The notes under the pieces: generated by a model
Databases searched by the model: none
Told to the model about the DNA's origin: nothing
The model's input: the letters and a program-made list of their open reading frames with translations, nothing else
Part shown: in pieces, positions 17,813-26,836 of the stretch
Position numbering within the stretch: the stretch's first letter is position 1
How the letters are laid out: every line of letters starts with the position of its first letter
Source: Nanobdellati archaeon
GTDB taxonomy: Archaea > Nanobdellota > Nanobdellia > UBA10117
DNA length: 64,000 nt
Direction: 5' to 3'
Assembly: GCA_016182015.1 (NCBI GenBank)
Contig: JACOYC010000009.1
Span: 6,953-70,952, forward strand
Position numbers and translations under genes: made by a program

Positions 17813-20800
17813 TTTCCATCTCCATTATAACTGCGGCTGCATCTGCAGGCCTGTTAAGCTTGTCTAAGATTCTAACTTTAACCCTGCTGTAATAATCTTC
17901 CTGCGGCTCTAATTTAATCGCCCGACTAATATAATCTAAAGCGGTGTCAAGCTCTCCGGCAAGCTCGTGCACTTCTGCTAGCCCGCCAATAGCGCAGTCC
18001 GAATTCCTGTTTAGTTTAAGCACGCGCTCATACGCGCGTCTGGCATCAGCCGTTCTTTTAAGCGCCAATAAACAATTTCCTTTGTTAGTTAAAACTATTT
18101 CTAATGTTTGCTCATCTGGTTTAAGTTTTAAACAGCCACTATAATAATTAACAGCTTCCGCGTAATTTGCCAAATTTTCATTCGCCAAGCCGGCTAAAAA
18201 CCAAGTACGTATGTGCGTGATATTGCGCCGGCAGGCGTCCATTGCTATAACTGATGCGCTTCTAACATCGCCGCTTTTAAACAGGGAATTAGCTTTTCCA
18301 TAATTTGCATTATCATTGTTCGGATCAGTGGCAAGCACTGTATCATAACATGCAATCGCCCCAGCATAATCATCTGATTCTAACAGCAAATCCCCCCTGT
18401 GCAATGCTGCGTTAGTGTCGCCCTCTGCCATAAGTGTTTCTAATGTGGCTAAAACCGGCCCGATTTTTTTTGCCCTTTCTTCTGCATTTGCTTTTTTATT
18501 TAATATATCTCTAGTCTGACCGGAACATCGCATAGCTTCATCAAAGCAGCGTATAGCTTCTTCGAAATTGTTTGACAGCATCGCTTCGTCTCCTTTTTTA
18601 TTCCAGTCACGGCCGTCCATTTTCATACCAATATCCTTTTCCAGCTGCAGCGACTCTTTTGAACCGAGGCCTTTAGCCCGCGCGCATGCAGCCAAGGCAG
18701 TTTCCAAATCCCCGTTATCTCTTAGGGCGGTTGCATACTTGTAAAACGCGCCCGGGCCAGGCGAGAGCTCTGTGGCTTTTCTGTAAAACTCTATCCTATC
18801 TCTTGTAGCAGATATATCGCCGAGAAGAACGTACGCCAAACTTTTTAAACCAGTAGAAACGCGTGGCTGTGATATTATCTCTCTGGCCAGCTTCGCAGCA
18901 TTGTCATTGTCTTTTAGATTTATGTGCGCATCCAATAATAATCTGGCCACTTCATCCTCGTGGCGCTGCGGATATTGCGATAGAACATCTATAACTTCAT
19001 CGTGCCTCGAAAGATCGTGTAAAAGCTGGGCAAGCTTTTTCCGAAGTTCAGGCTCGCCCAACTTTAGAACTGCTGGTTTTTTAACTCTGCTGGCCTGTGT
19101 AGGTTCGGACTGCAAATTTTCTATTTTATGAAGCGCTACATACAAATCCTTAACTGCTATGGCCTTTGCATCTGCAGAATAATTGCCTACGCCAAGTACG
19201 GCCTGAGCGTGCATTATATGCACATCGGGATTACTGCGATCAAGATTTACAAGTGCATCTAAACTATCTAACGCTTTCTGATTTTGCCCGAGCTGTAGCG
19301 CTACCTCTGCGCATCCTTCCAACCACTCGCCGTTAACTTCTTTATTCTTAGATATTATGTACTCGTAAATAGAGTACGCCTTTTCCAGACTTTTCTTATC
19401 GCCGGCCTTCTGAAAAAGCCTTGCTCGTATAAAGCAAAGATTGTCTGGTAACTTTTTGCCTTCTTTTGTGGCGCGGTCTATTACTGCTGCGATCTCATCG
19501 TACCTCTTTAATCTACCAAGAATTGCAACTTCATTGGACAATGTATCTGTGGAATCATCGCGCGCTTTGGCCATTCGTATATAATACAATGCCCTATCTA
19601 GCTCACCAGCATTATGATGTGCGCTAGATAAATTATTAATAACCGCTACGTCTGTTTGCGGATTAAATCTCATAAAATATTCATAAAGTTCAATTGCCTG
19701 TCTGTGCTCGCCGCTGGCCAATCTAATATTACCAAGCTCTTTAAGCGCAAATAGATTGTCTGGCGCGTGTTGCAGAATAGTTTCCAAAGTATCTGCCACA
19801 CCTGGCGAGCCTAGCTCTTTTTGCGCCAATGCTTTGTAATGTAATGCAAAAACATCACCGCGATTAATTTTGAGTATGCTATCTGCGTGCGATATGACTT
19901 CTGGCAAAACAGACCTATCTCCGCTTCCAGATTTTTGCCAAAGCACACCTAACATCTGCCTGTGAGGCTCGGCAGCGTTGCTTGGACTCGCAGTTATAGT
20001 ATCAGTCAACATCGTCCTTGCCCCATCAAAATCCTTCCGCTGTCTTGCGCGTTCTGCATTGCGCAGTACTGCGGTCTCTTTTATTTTGTTTATTTCTTCA
20101 TTTTGCGGCTGAACTGCCAAAGCACGGTTACAATAATCAATAAGCTCGCCATCTTTACTTTTCAATCTGTTTAGCACATCACAAATAAGCAAAAGTGCAT
20201 CTATGTTATTATTATTAGTCAAAACCAGCTGCAGCTGCTCACAAGCACGCTCGTTTGCCCCCAAGTTATAATGGCATTTTGCCGCATTAATAAGAGACTC
20301 TAACTTATTAAAATTAAGATCTGCGGCCTTTTCGAAATGCATAGCTGCAGTTTGCAAATCTTTTTTGCCCAATTCTATCTGCCCCATGCTAAAGTGTACA
20401 TCGCCGCTTGCCTGTATCCTGAGTGCACTGACATAATCTTTTCTGGCAAGGCCTGTCTTTTTCATCGCCATGTGCACGTGGCCACGATACCTGAGGCCCT
20501 GTAAGTCCTGTGGATTTTCTTTCAGCCAAGAGTCCAAGGCATTAAGAGCTTTGCCAAAATTACTTTCGCGATAATAAGCCATACCAAGCAGCAGCTTGCT
20601 GTCTCTAAATGATTTTTTCAGCCGCTTTAAGTGCGAAATTGTCTCATAAAACCAATCTATTTCAAATGCTATTCTGCCAAGCTCGTAAATGCACCTTTCG
20701 TTTTTCGGGGCAAGCCTGCTCGCCTTTAAAACAACCTTATATGCGCCATCAAAGTATGCTTTGTTTCCATTTGCTATTAGCAGATCGGCCACATCCATTA

Positions 20801-22283
20801 GTGCGTTTAGAGTTGGCCCGTCTGCTTCTATTCTGCCCAGCAGCGGCTTAAGATTTATGTTTGGATCTGCCAAAGCTTTTTCTAAAATTTCCTTCAAACT
20901 AAAATATTCGCGCTCCCACTTGCGTTTCAATGAATTCGCAGATACTGCGCACCGCCATGAATTAACGCTGTTGGCAAGGCGCGCCAGGCCTGTGCTTTTT
21001 CCTGCCAACGATTTTAGAATTATGCTTTTTTCTTCCAGAATTATTTTGGATTGTTTTACTCTCAAAAAAGAATTACACACGCCTAACGCTCGTCCAAAAT
21101 CTCCGTACGAGCACAGGAACTTTTCAAAATTTACCACGGCATATTCGTTAGTTGGATCGCTTTTAATCAAGTTTTCATAAAAAGTGCTTGCTTTGTCGTA
21201 GTCGCCCAGAAGGGCGCAAAGACTGGCTGTGTTTTGCAACCGGCGCAAGTCTGTTAGCTTGTCAGCACTGGCCGTATTGGGATCATAAAGGACCTCTTTA
21301 ATCTTTGTGTTTAAGTCATAATGCAAATTATAAATTTCAACATTCGGGCGCAAAAAAAAATCCAAGCCAAATTCAACGCCATTTAATCTTAAATATTCCA
21401 GAAGTTCATCTATAACCATGAGCTCTTTCAGCTCACCTAGTGTCGTAACACGTCGGATTAAAATCCGGCTGTTAGGATTGTTGAGCATAGCAATCAAAAC
21501 TGCTTCTGTTCTTTCTTCAATTGGCCCCTTTTCCAGTGGCCTGGCAGATTCTACACGGACATTATAAGACGAGTGGCGCGACACGTCCCGGTATATGTTA
21601 GGCATTGCATACGCCAAATATGCTGTTACATGACTAAGCGGTTCGCGAGTTAGCAAATTTTGTAACTGGTCTTGACTTGTAATATGTTGAACAAAAAAAT
21701 CTAAAACACATAAACGTTTTAGCAAGCCAAGATTATCTATATTTTTGCCTGCCAAAAAATTTGTCAGTGTGTTCTTCGGCGTGTTTGACACTAAGGCATT
21801 TAGTAGTGCGGCATACTCTGGTGATACGTCCACACCAAGTTCATAAGCAATTGAGTTTCTTATGCTGCTAAAATCAAAACTCACACTGCCAGTTGCTAAT
21901 ACAGAAACAATCTTTAAAACTCCGCGTAAAGTATCTTGAATTTCTAACTTAACACGCTCAGCTTTATCTGGCGCCGCTTCATCTCTCGGCAGCCCGCGCC
22001 TAATTACATCTTCTAAGCCGGCAATAGAATCGCGTTTGACCTGCGGGCCTGCTATTGGTACGTGCATTTGCGGCCTGCTTGCCATATCCAGAATTTTATC
22101 CTTTAGTGTTTGCGGCTGCGCGTCAGTTTTAGCATCCTCTGGTGCCTGTTCTCTCCCAGCTACTATGCGCATAACTTTATCTCTTACTGGATCAACCGCA
22201 GCTGCCGCGGGCGGCGGAGCGGGCTGTGCTTCCTGCCCATGCCGTCTCAAAATTTCATGTACTCTATCGCGTGCACTTGCCAT
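17796..22283 (-). CDS. giant TPR-repeat protein (1495 aa)
   Basis: After a ~370-aa unassigned N-terminal region there are dozens of 34-aa TPR-like units (e.g. GDYDKASTFYENLIKSDPTNEYAVVNF, GKALNALDSWLKENPQDLQGLRYRG). Its start codon abuts the E1-like gene stop. Confidence 0.7.
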   Translation of the reverse strand: MASARDRVHEILRRHGQEAQPAPPPAAAAVDPVRDKVMRIVAGREQAPEDAKTDAQPQTLKDKILDMASRPQMHVPIAGPQVKRDSIAGLEDVIRRGLPRDEAAPDKAERVKLEIQDTLRGVLKIVSVLATGSVSFDFSSIRNSIAYELGVDVSPEYAALLNALVSNTPKNTLTNFLAGKNIDNLGLLKRLCVLDFFVQHITSQDQLQNLLTREPLSHVTAYLAYAMPNIYRDVSRHSSYNVRVESARPLEKGPIEERTEAVLIAMLNNPNSRILIRRVTTLGELKELMVIDELLEYLRLNGVEFGLDFFLRPNVEIYNLHYDLNTKIKEVLYDPNTASADKLTDLRRLQNTASLCALLGDYDKASTFYENLIKSDPTNEYAVVNFEKFLCSYGDFGRALGVCNSFLRVKQSKIILEEKSIILKSLAGKSTGLARLANSVNSWRCAVSANSLKRKWEREYFSLKEILEKALADPNINLKPLLGRIEADGPTLNALMDVADLLIANGNKAYFDGAYKVVLKASRLAPKNERCIYELGRIAFEIDWFYETISHLKRLKKSFRDSKLLLGMAYYRESNFGKALNALDSWLKENPQDLQGLRYRGHVHMAMKKTGLARKDYVSALRIQASGDVHFSMGQIELGKKDLQTAAMHFEKAADLNFNKLESLINAAKCHYNLGANERACEQLQLVLTNNNNIDALLLICDVLNRLKSKDGELIDYCNRALAVQPQNEEINKIKETAVLRNAERARQRKDFDGARTMLTDTITASPSNAAEPHRQMLGVLWQKSGSGDRSVLPEVISHADSILKINRGDVFALHYKALAQKELGSPGVADTLETILQHAPDNLFALKELGNIRLASGEHRQAIELYEYFMRFNPQTDVAVINNLSSAHHNAGELDRALYYIRMAKARDDSTDTLSNEVAILGRLKRYDEIAAVIDRATKEGKKLPDNLCFIRARLFQKAGDKKSLEKAYSIYEYIISKNKEVNGEWLEGCAEVALQLGQNQKALDSLDALVNLDRSNPDVHIMHAQAVLGVGNYSADAKAIAVKDLYVALHKIENLQSEPTQASRVKKPAVLKLGEPELRKKLAQLLHDLSRHDEVIDVLSQYPQRHEDEVARLLLDAHINLKDNDNAAKLAREIISQPRVSTGLKSLAYVLLGDISATRDRIEFYRKATELSPGPGAFYKYATALRDNGDLETALAACARAKGLGSKESLQLEKDIGMKMDGRDWNKKGDEAMLSNNFEEAIRCFDEAMRCSGQTRDILNKKANAEERAKKIGPVLATLETLMAEGDTNAALHRGDLLLESDDYAGAIACYDTVLATDPNNDNANYGKANSLFKSGDVRSASVIAMDACRRNITHIRTWFLAGLANENLANYAEAVNYYSGCLKLKPDEQTLEIVLTNKGNCLLALKRTADARRAYERVLKLNRNSDCAIGGLAEVHELAGELDTALDYISRAIKLEPQEDYYSRVKVRILDKLNRPADAAAVIMEMENAAPE

Positions 22284-23846
22284 TCATACACCTAATACGC
22301 ATTTTGAAGTATAACAATTTTCGACGCCAGAAGCATCTGTGCCGGAGATTTGCAGTCTCCTCCTCGCTGACAGGTTATACATCAAGTAACCGGCAGGGAG
22401 TTTTGATGGATTTGTAAACACGTGCATGGCCTCTGCTACTGCCAGCCCGCCAACTACTAAGTTTGGCATTATGACACTTGGGTCAGCAGAGTAAGCACAC
22501 CCCTCTCTAGCTGCACGATTCGTTTTGCGGCGCTCTTCTGCCGCCTTTCTCTCGTCACTAATCATTTCTTTTAAATCAGTCCACGGACCCCATCGCTGAT
22601 AACGAATGCACTTTGTCCTGCCGGGATACGCAAAATATATTTCTCCCCCCCTAACGCCGGCAGATGCATCTATTATTGGCACATTCAATCCCGACATTAA
22701 AACTAAATTATTAATGTGAATCCTTGCTTCTACGCTGTCCACGCCAGATATTATTAAATCGGGCGAAATTTCTTTCAGCCATTTAGTAAAATTTTCGTCG
22801 ATGTAACCTATAACAAAACCAACATCGCGTCCAGTTATCTGACTTAATCTATTTGAAAGTGCTGACGCTTTCTTCTTGCCAATTGCGCCGTATGCCAATA
22901 TTTGTCTGTTTAAATTTGTGGGTTCAAAATTATCGCCGTCCGCTATTATAACTCTTGCACCGGTTAAACAAGACCACAATGATGTGTAATTGCCAATTGC
23001 GCCGCCGCCAATTATTAAAATGGTTTTGTTATAAAACAGACTATTTGCAGATTGCTTTGGCCCATCTAAACTAACACGTTTGCTGGATAGAGAATCATAA
23101 TCGATTGCTAACACCGGCCGTCCATCTGTTTCCATTGGCATAATTATGCTGCGCAATTCGCCGATGGCTATGCCTGCCGCTATGCCGCTGGTGGCATTGC
23201 CCTGCGGCAAATCTTCATAAATGCCTGGCATTATATCTGCTTCGTTTACATGTACCCATGCACTGTTAATAAGAGCTCTAATACGCTCTTCTAAAATCAT
23301 GGCTGGCCCGCTTTTCGCCTGCCGCCCGAATATTCTTACCGAACATTTAGTGGCGCTTGACATTGTGCTTATAAACGGAACATTTTGTTTTCTGCACCAT
23401 TCATAAGAATAAAATTTAGAAGTATAATTGTTTGTTGCATCTATAACTGTTGTTGGCATTCCAAAATTACTTGCAGCGTCTCTTCCAAGCGGCGCATCAA
23501 TGCCGCTAACCTGTATGTTCGGGTTAATCTGACGTAGCGATGCAGTCAACGCTTTAATTTTACTCTCGCCCTTGCGGGCTTCAAAAAGCAAAAATCCTTC
23601 GGATGCACTATCCAGATTGCGGCCGCCGTTCACATTTCCAGAACCAATTATCCTTACATGACCTACGCCGAGTGCCGCGCAGCCTGCCGAAACGCAGTTC
23701 GAAAGCTGGCCAGAACCCACCACAACAACTTTCGCGCTGTCAATCTTTCCTTGCATCCAGCCCTCAATCCGCCTCTGTCTGTCGTATACATCTGCTACTT
23801 CGTGCTCATCTTGTTCCTCTTGTCTTATTGGTATAACGCCCATCAT
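22284..23846 (-). CDS. E1-like (ThiF/MoeB family) enzyme with two tandem Rossmann-type domains
   Basis: 520 aa. The N-terminal domain is degenerate (VVVVGSGQLSNCVSAGCAALGVGHVRIIG). The second domain is canonical (ILIIGGGAIGNYTS...VIIADGDNFEPTNLNRQIL...ISGVDSVEARIHINN...). Confidence 0.7.
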   Translation of the reverse strand: MMGVIPIRQEEQDEHEVADVYDRQRRIEGWMQGKIDSAKVVVVGSGQLSNCVSAGCAALGVGHVRIIGSGNVNGGRNLDSASEGFLLFEARKGESKIKALTASLRQINPNIQVSGIDAPLGRDAASNFGMPTTVIDATNNYTSKFYSYEWCRKQNVPFISTMSSATKCSVRIFGRQAKSGPAMILEERIRALINSAWVHVNEADIMPGIYEDLPQGNATSGIAAGIAIGELRSIIMPMETDGRPVLAIDYDSLSSKRVSLDGPKQSANSLFYNKTILIIGGGAIGNYTSLWSCLTGARVIIADGDNFEPTNLNRQILAYGAIGKKKASALSNRLSQITGRDVGFVIGYIDENFTKWLKEISPDLIISGVDSVEARIHINNLVLMSGLNVPIIDASAGVRGGEIYFAYPGRTKCIRYQRWGPWTDLKEMISDERKAAEERRKTNRAAREGCAYSADPSVIMPNLVVGGLAVAEAMHVFTNPSKLPAGYLMYNLSARRRLQISGTDASGVENCYTSKCVLGV

Positions 23847-23861
23847 TTATGCACCACTATA

Positions 23862-24854
23862 TCATATATCTTTAATATCTAAATGATAACGCCCATCATC
23901 ACCCATTTTACCTGATTTGGGCGTTCCATCGTACGCGACTATAGCTTTAGCTTTGGCATCCCGTACTGCCTTAATCTCGGTCTGCGCAGCTCGTTGTAAG
24001 CCACTAACATTTTCACGTATTATTCTAATTAAATCATCCTCGGTAAAGGAAATGTCATTTTTTACGTGTGCTTGCTCAAATTGTATAATGTTATTTTCCA
24101 CCGCGCTTGTATCAATTTCAAATGTCGGCTTGCGCGGCGCGTAAACTATTTTTGCATGATAGTTACCCTTAAGATCAAGAACCAAACTCAAAGCAAACCC
24201 AAACTCCCTTAGCCTATCATATAAAAGATCAAATTCTGGCAATCTGTCTTCCAGGCCAGCTGCATCAAGTCTACAGCCGGGCAACCATATTTTAATTTCA
24301 CGCTTGCCGGGCGTTTCAGATATATTTAGAAGAACACCTTGCTCTGAATTTTCAGCTTGTATTTTAACCGGCAAGCTAAGCAAACGAATATCATCATGCG
24401 CATACAAAAAATTATGCGCAGCAATTTGCGGAAAAACTATTAAATTAAGATTAGTATCATCAGTATCTGAATGCTCGCAGCTAAAGTATGGATGGGTATG
24501 CCATGCACCCATTATTCTGTATGATTCTTTATGCACTTTAACGCCAGCTGCAAAATCATCGGCAGAACGTATGAAATTTTTTCCAGCTACCTGCCTCGTC
24601 AAACAAACATCGTGTATTGTAAAATCATCAACATCTTTTGAACCTAATAAAAGCCCGCCAACTTCTGATCCTTCGCCCAACTCCTCTTTTGTTATTTTAT
24701 GCGCAAGCTCGCCCAGCCGGTGCGCCTTTTCCCATGCTTTCTGCGTCATGACAAAGGTCTGCGGAATGCAAATCGGGTCCTGACGCTCGGTGCCGCGAAA
24801 CTTGCGATTAAGTTGCGCTTCAAAAGCCCTCTGCGACTTATTTTTTTCTGCCAT
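23862..24854 (-). CDS. JAB/MPN+ (JAMM) metallopeptidase with unassigned C-terminal domain
   Basis: 330 aa. The conserved Glu lies in SEVGGLLLGS, and the full JAMM motif is GAWHTHPYFSCEHSDTDD (HxH-x7-S-xx-D). Confidence 0.75.
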   Translation of the reverse strand: MAEKNKSQRAFEAQLNRKFRGTERQDPICIPQTFVMTQKAWEKAHRLGELAHKITKEELGEGSEVGGLLLGSKDVDDFTIHDVCLTRQVAGKNFIRSADDFAAGVKVHKESYRIMGAWHTHPYFSCEHSDTDDTNLNLIVFPQIAAHNFLYAHDDIRLLSLPVKIQAENSEQGVLLNISETPGKREIKIWLPGCRLDAAGLEDRLPEFDLLYDRLREFGFALSLVLDLKGNYHAKIVYAPRKPTFEIDTSAVENNIIQFEQAHVKNDISFTEDDLIRIIRENVSGLQRAAQTEIKAVRDAKAKAIVAYDGTPKSGKMGDDGRYHLDIKDI

Positions 24855-26287
24855 TATATTATCAAACCATTCCTGCGTGCTTCTTCTTCTAACATTTCCT
24901 GGCCAGCAAAATCAATTCTTCTGTGCCCATGGCCAGTTCCCTGCGAGTAAACCACAACGGGATATAGCTTTCTCGCTAAAATGTCCCGAATGCCCTTTTC
25001 TAAACCAGTTTTAACAAAATAATTCAGCGCGTCTTCCTCGTTTTTGAAGCCCTTTCCAGCCAGCTGATAGTGCCTAAACTCCAAAACGCAGAGGCCATCA
25101 TAAAAAATACTATGTTTTGATATGCTGTCAAATGCCTGATGGTTCGATAATCTTTGGATTACGCAGAGCGGTTTTAACACTATCCTGCCGCTTTCATGCG
25201 CCAGCGGGATGGCAGGCCGCATAGGTTTCATTTCATAAAAAACACCCGGAATTGTTATGAAGCCACCATCCTCTATTCTATCTGTAGCTTGAACCGCACA
25301 GCGTGGCGTAGAAACAAAAATATAATATTTTATGTTGCCTATGATATTTTTTTCCTGAACATGGATGCCATATTTTGTTTCTGGTATTACGTAGCTTTTT
25401 CCGTCCGCTTCTTCTACTGGATTTTTGAATACCTTTTGAAATACATTTTCTTCATATTTGTTTAACTTTAAAATTTTAGCATTAAGCTCCTTATCTTCTG
25501 CAAGCGAATTTGCGGCATACTTCATTTTAAGCGCCATCTGTATGTGCTCTTCTAAACTATCCGTTGTTTTGCTCGATATTTTCGGCACGTACCTACATCC
25601 GCTGATGCAAATATAATTCTGGCCTTCTGTGGGATTTTGAAAAACCAGTCTGTAAACCAAACCCTGCGTTAATAATAATCTACTATCCTGCAGCGCCCGA
25701 CGAAATGCGATCCGGCCGGCGCCAATAAATTCAGATAAATTTGAAAACTGCCCATCAAACATATCTCTCAGATATGCAATGCGCTCATCGCCAGAAAGCA
25801 CTTTTTCTTCTCTCTCTGCTGCTGGATCTAGAACGGCTGGCTTTTCTTCCCCAGCCACTTTTTTAATCCCAAGTATATCAAACACGCGCCCTTTTGCACT
25901 TCTAACAGAATCATCCTTTTCGCGCGTCAGGTATGGTATTAGTTCTTTAACCAGGTATCTTAAAACAGGATCTGCCTGCAGCTCTGGCGGGTCTGGCGCG
26001 ATTGGCTTAGCCAAAGGTATGCCTGCCAAAACACTGCTAATTAATTTTTGTTTCCATGCCGCTATGCTTGGCGCATTATCATCTTCATAAATTTGCTCCA
26101 GCGTTTCCAGGCTTTCTCCCGGAACTACGGTATAGTGCCTTCCAAAAAGTCTTGCAAAATTGCCTTTTGGTATTGTTTCACTCCCGATATGAAAAATCTG
26201 TCCGTCGCAAATAATAGCAGTTCTACTTGCCAAACTTTTTATTTGCGTTTGCGGCAGTAATTCTAATAAAAGCTCTTGGAGCTGCAT
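24854..26287 (-). CDS. hypothetical protein with possible UBC/E2-like C-terminal region
   Basis: 477 aa. Residues ~339-376, EDGGFITIPGVFYEMKPMRPAIPLAHESGRIVLKPLCVIQ, resemble the UBC core spacing (GG.F..I.F...YP.KPP...F...I.HPN...G.ICL). It shares a 1-nt stop/start overlap with the JAB gene. The E2 assignment is a pattern match by eye only. Confidence 0.35.
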   Translation of the reverse strand: MQLQELLLELLPQTQIKSLASRTAIICDGQIFHIGSETIPKGNFARLFGRHYTVVPGESLETLEQIYEDDNAPSIAAWKQKLISSVLAGIPLAKPIAPDPPELQADPVLRYLVKELIPYLTREKDDSVRSAKGRVFDILGIKKVAGEEKPAVLDPAAEREEKVLSGDERIAYLRDMFDGQFSNLSEFIGAGRIAFRRALQDSRLLLTQGLVYRLVFQNPTEGQNYICISGCRYVPKISSKTTDSLEEHIQMALKMKYAANSLAEDKELNAKILKLNKYEENVFQKVFKNPVEEADGKSYVIPETKYGIHVQEKNIIGNIKYYIFVSTPRCAVQATDRIEDGGFITIPGVFYEMKPMRPAIPLAHESGRIVLKPLCVIQRLSNHQAFDSISKHSIFYDGLCVLEFRHYQLAGKGFKNEEDALNYFVKTGLEKGIRDILARKLYPVVVYSQGTGHGHRRIDFAGQEMLEEEARRNGLII

Positions 26288-26322
26288 CGTGCCTCGTTTT
26301 ATGATATAGTTATAATATAAAT

Positions 26323-26790
26323 TTATACGCGATATGCTCCCTGAATAGTGCCTTCCACAATTTGCAGGTCATACACGATAACTTTTTTCTCTGGATCTTC
26401 TTTTACCCTGCCCAACTTACCTATCTGCTGGACATCTATTTTTTTTGTTGGCATTGGCCTGCCTGTTGCCCGATCTATTTGGCAGGGCGCCTTATTATTA
26501 TTAATATCCATGTGTATTCCCTTTGGCTTCTGCGCCAGCAGGCCTATGTCGCTCAAAACTTTTGCTTCCTCTGGAGACTGACCCGCACCAGTATACAGGA
26601 GCGTAGAGAGAGAATCCAAAGTCAAACCATGCCGCATTTCTATTGGGATTTCGCGAACTATAACATCTCCGCCTAATGCCGTGCTTAGGCTGCCGATCCA
26701 CGGCAACTGGTATACTTCTTCTTCAGACATTTTCCTTTTTTCTTCGCTCTGCGAGAAATCAAATAACGCTTCTATGCTATCCACACCCAT
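26323..26790 (-). CDS. hypothetical 155-aa protein (positional candidate for the modifier of the E1/JAB module)
   Basis: ORF 35 nt upstream of the 477-aa gene. It ends ...VIVYDLQIVEGTIQGAYRV with no GG terminus and no recognisable ubiquitin motif. Confidence 0.4.
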   Translation of the reverse strand: MGVDSIEALFDFSQSEEKRKMSEEEVYQLPWIGSLSTALGGDVIVREIPIEMRHGLTLDSLSTLLYTGAGQSPEEAKVLSDIGLLAQKPKGIHMDINNNKAPCQIDRATGRPMPTKKIDVQQIGKLGRVKEDPEKKVIVYDLQIVEGTIQGAYRV

Positions 26791-26836
26791 ATTATCACCA
26801 TAACTTTAAAATACGAAAGGATTAAAAACCTTTTGT

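Noticed and set aside
21352-21360. An A9 run (T9 on the coding strand) inside the 1495-aa TPR gene, as a possible slippage or premature-termination site.
   Set aside because: The reading frame is continuous through it (…GLDFFLRPN…), and the encoded Phe-Phe-Leu fits the surrounding sequence. There is no evidence of frameshifting.
26323-26790. Calling the 155-aa ORF a ubiquitin-like protein outright.
   Set aside because: There is no GG terminus and no recognisable ubiquitin, SAMP, ThiS or MoaD sequence pattern. Only its position next to the E2-like?/JAB/E1 genes suggests the role, so it is listed as hypothetical.
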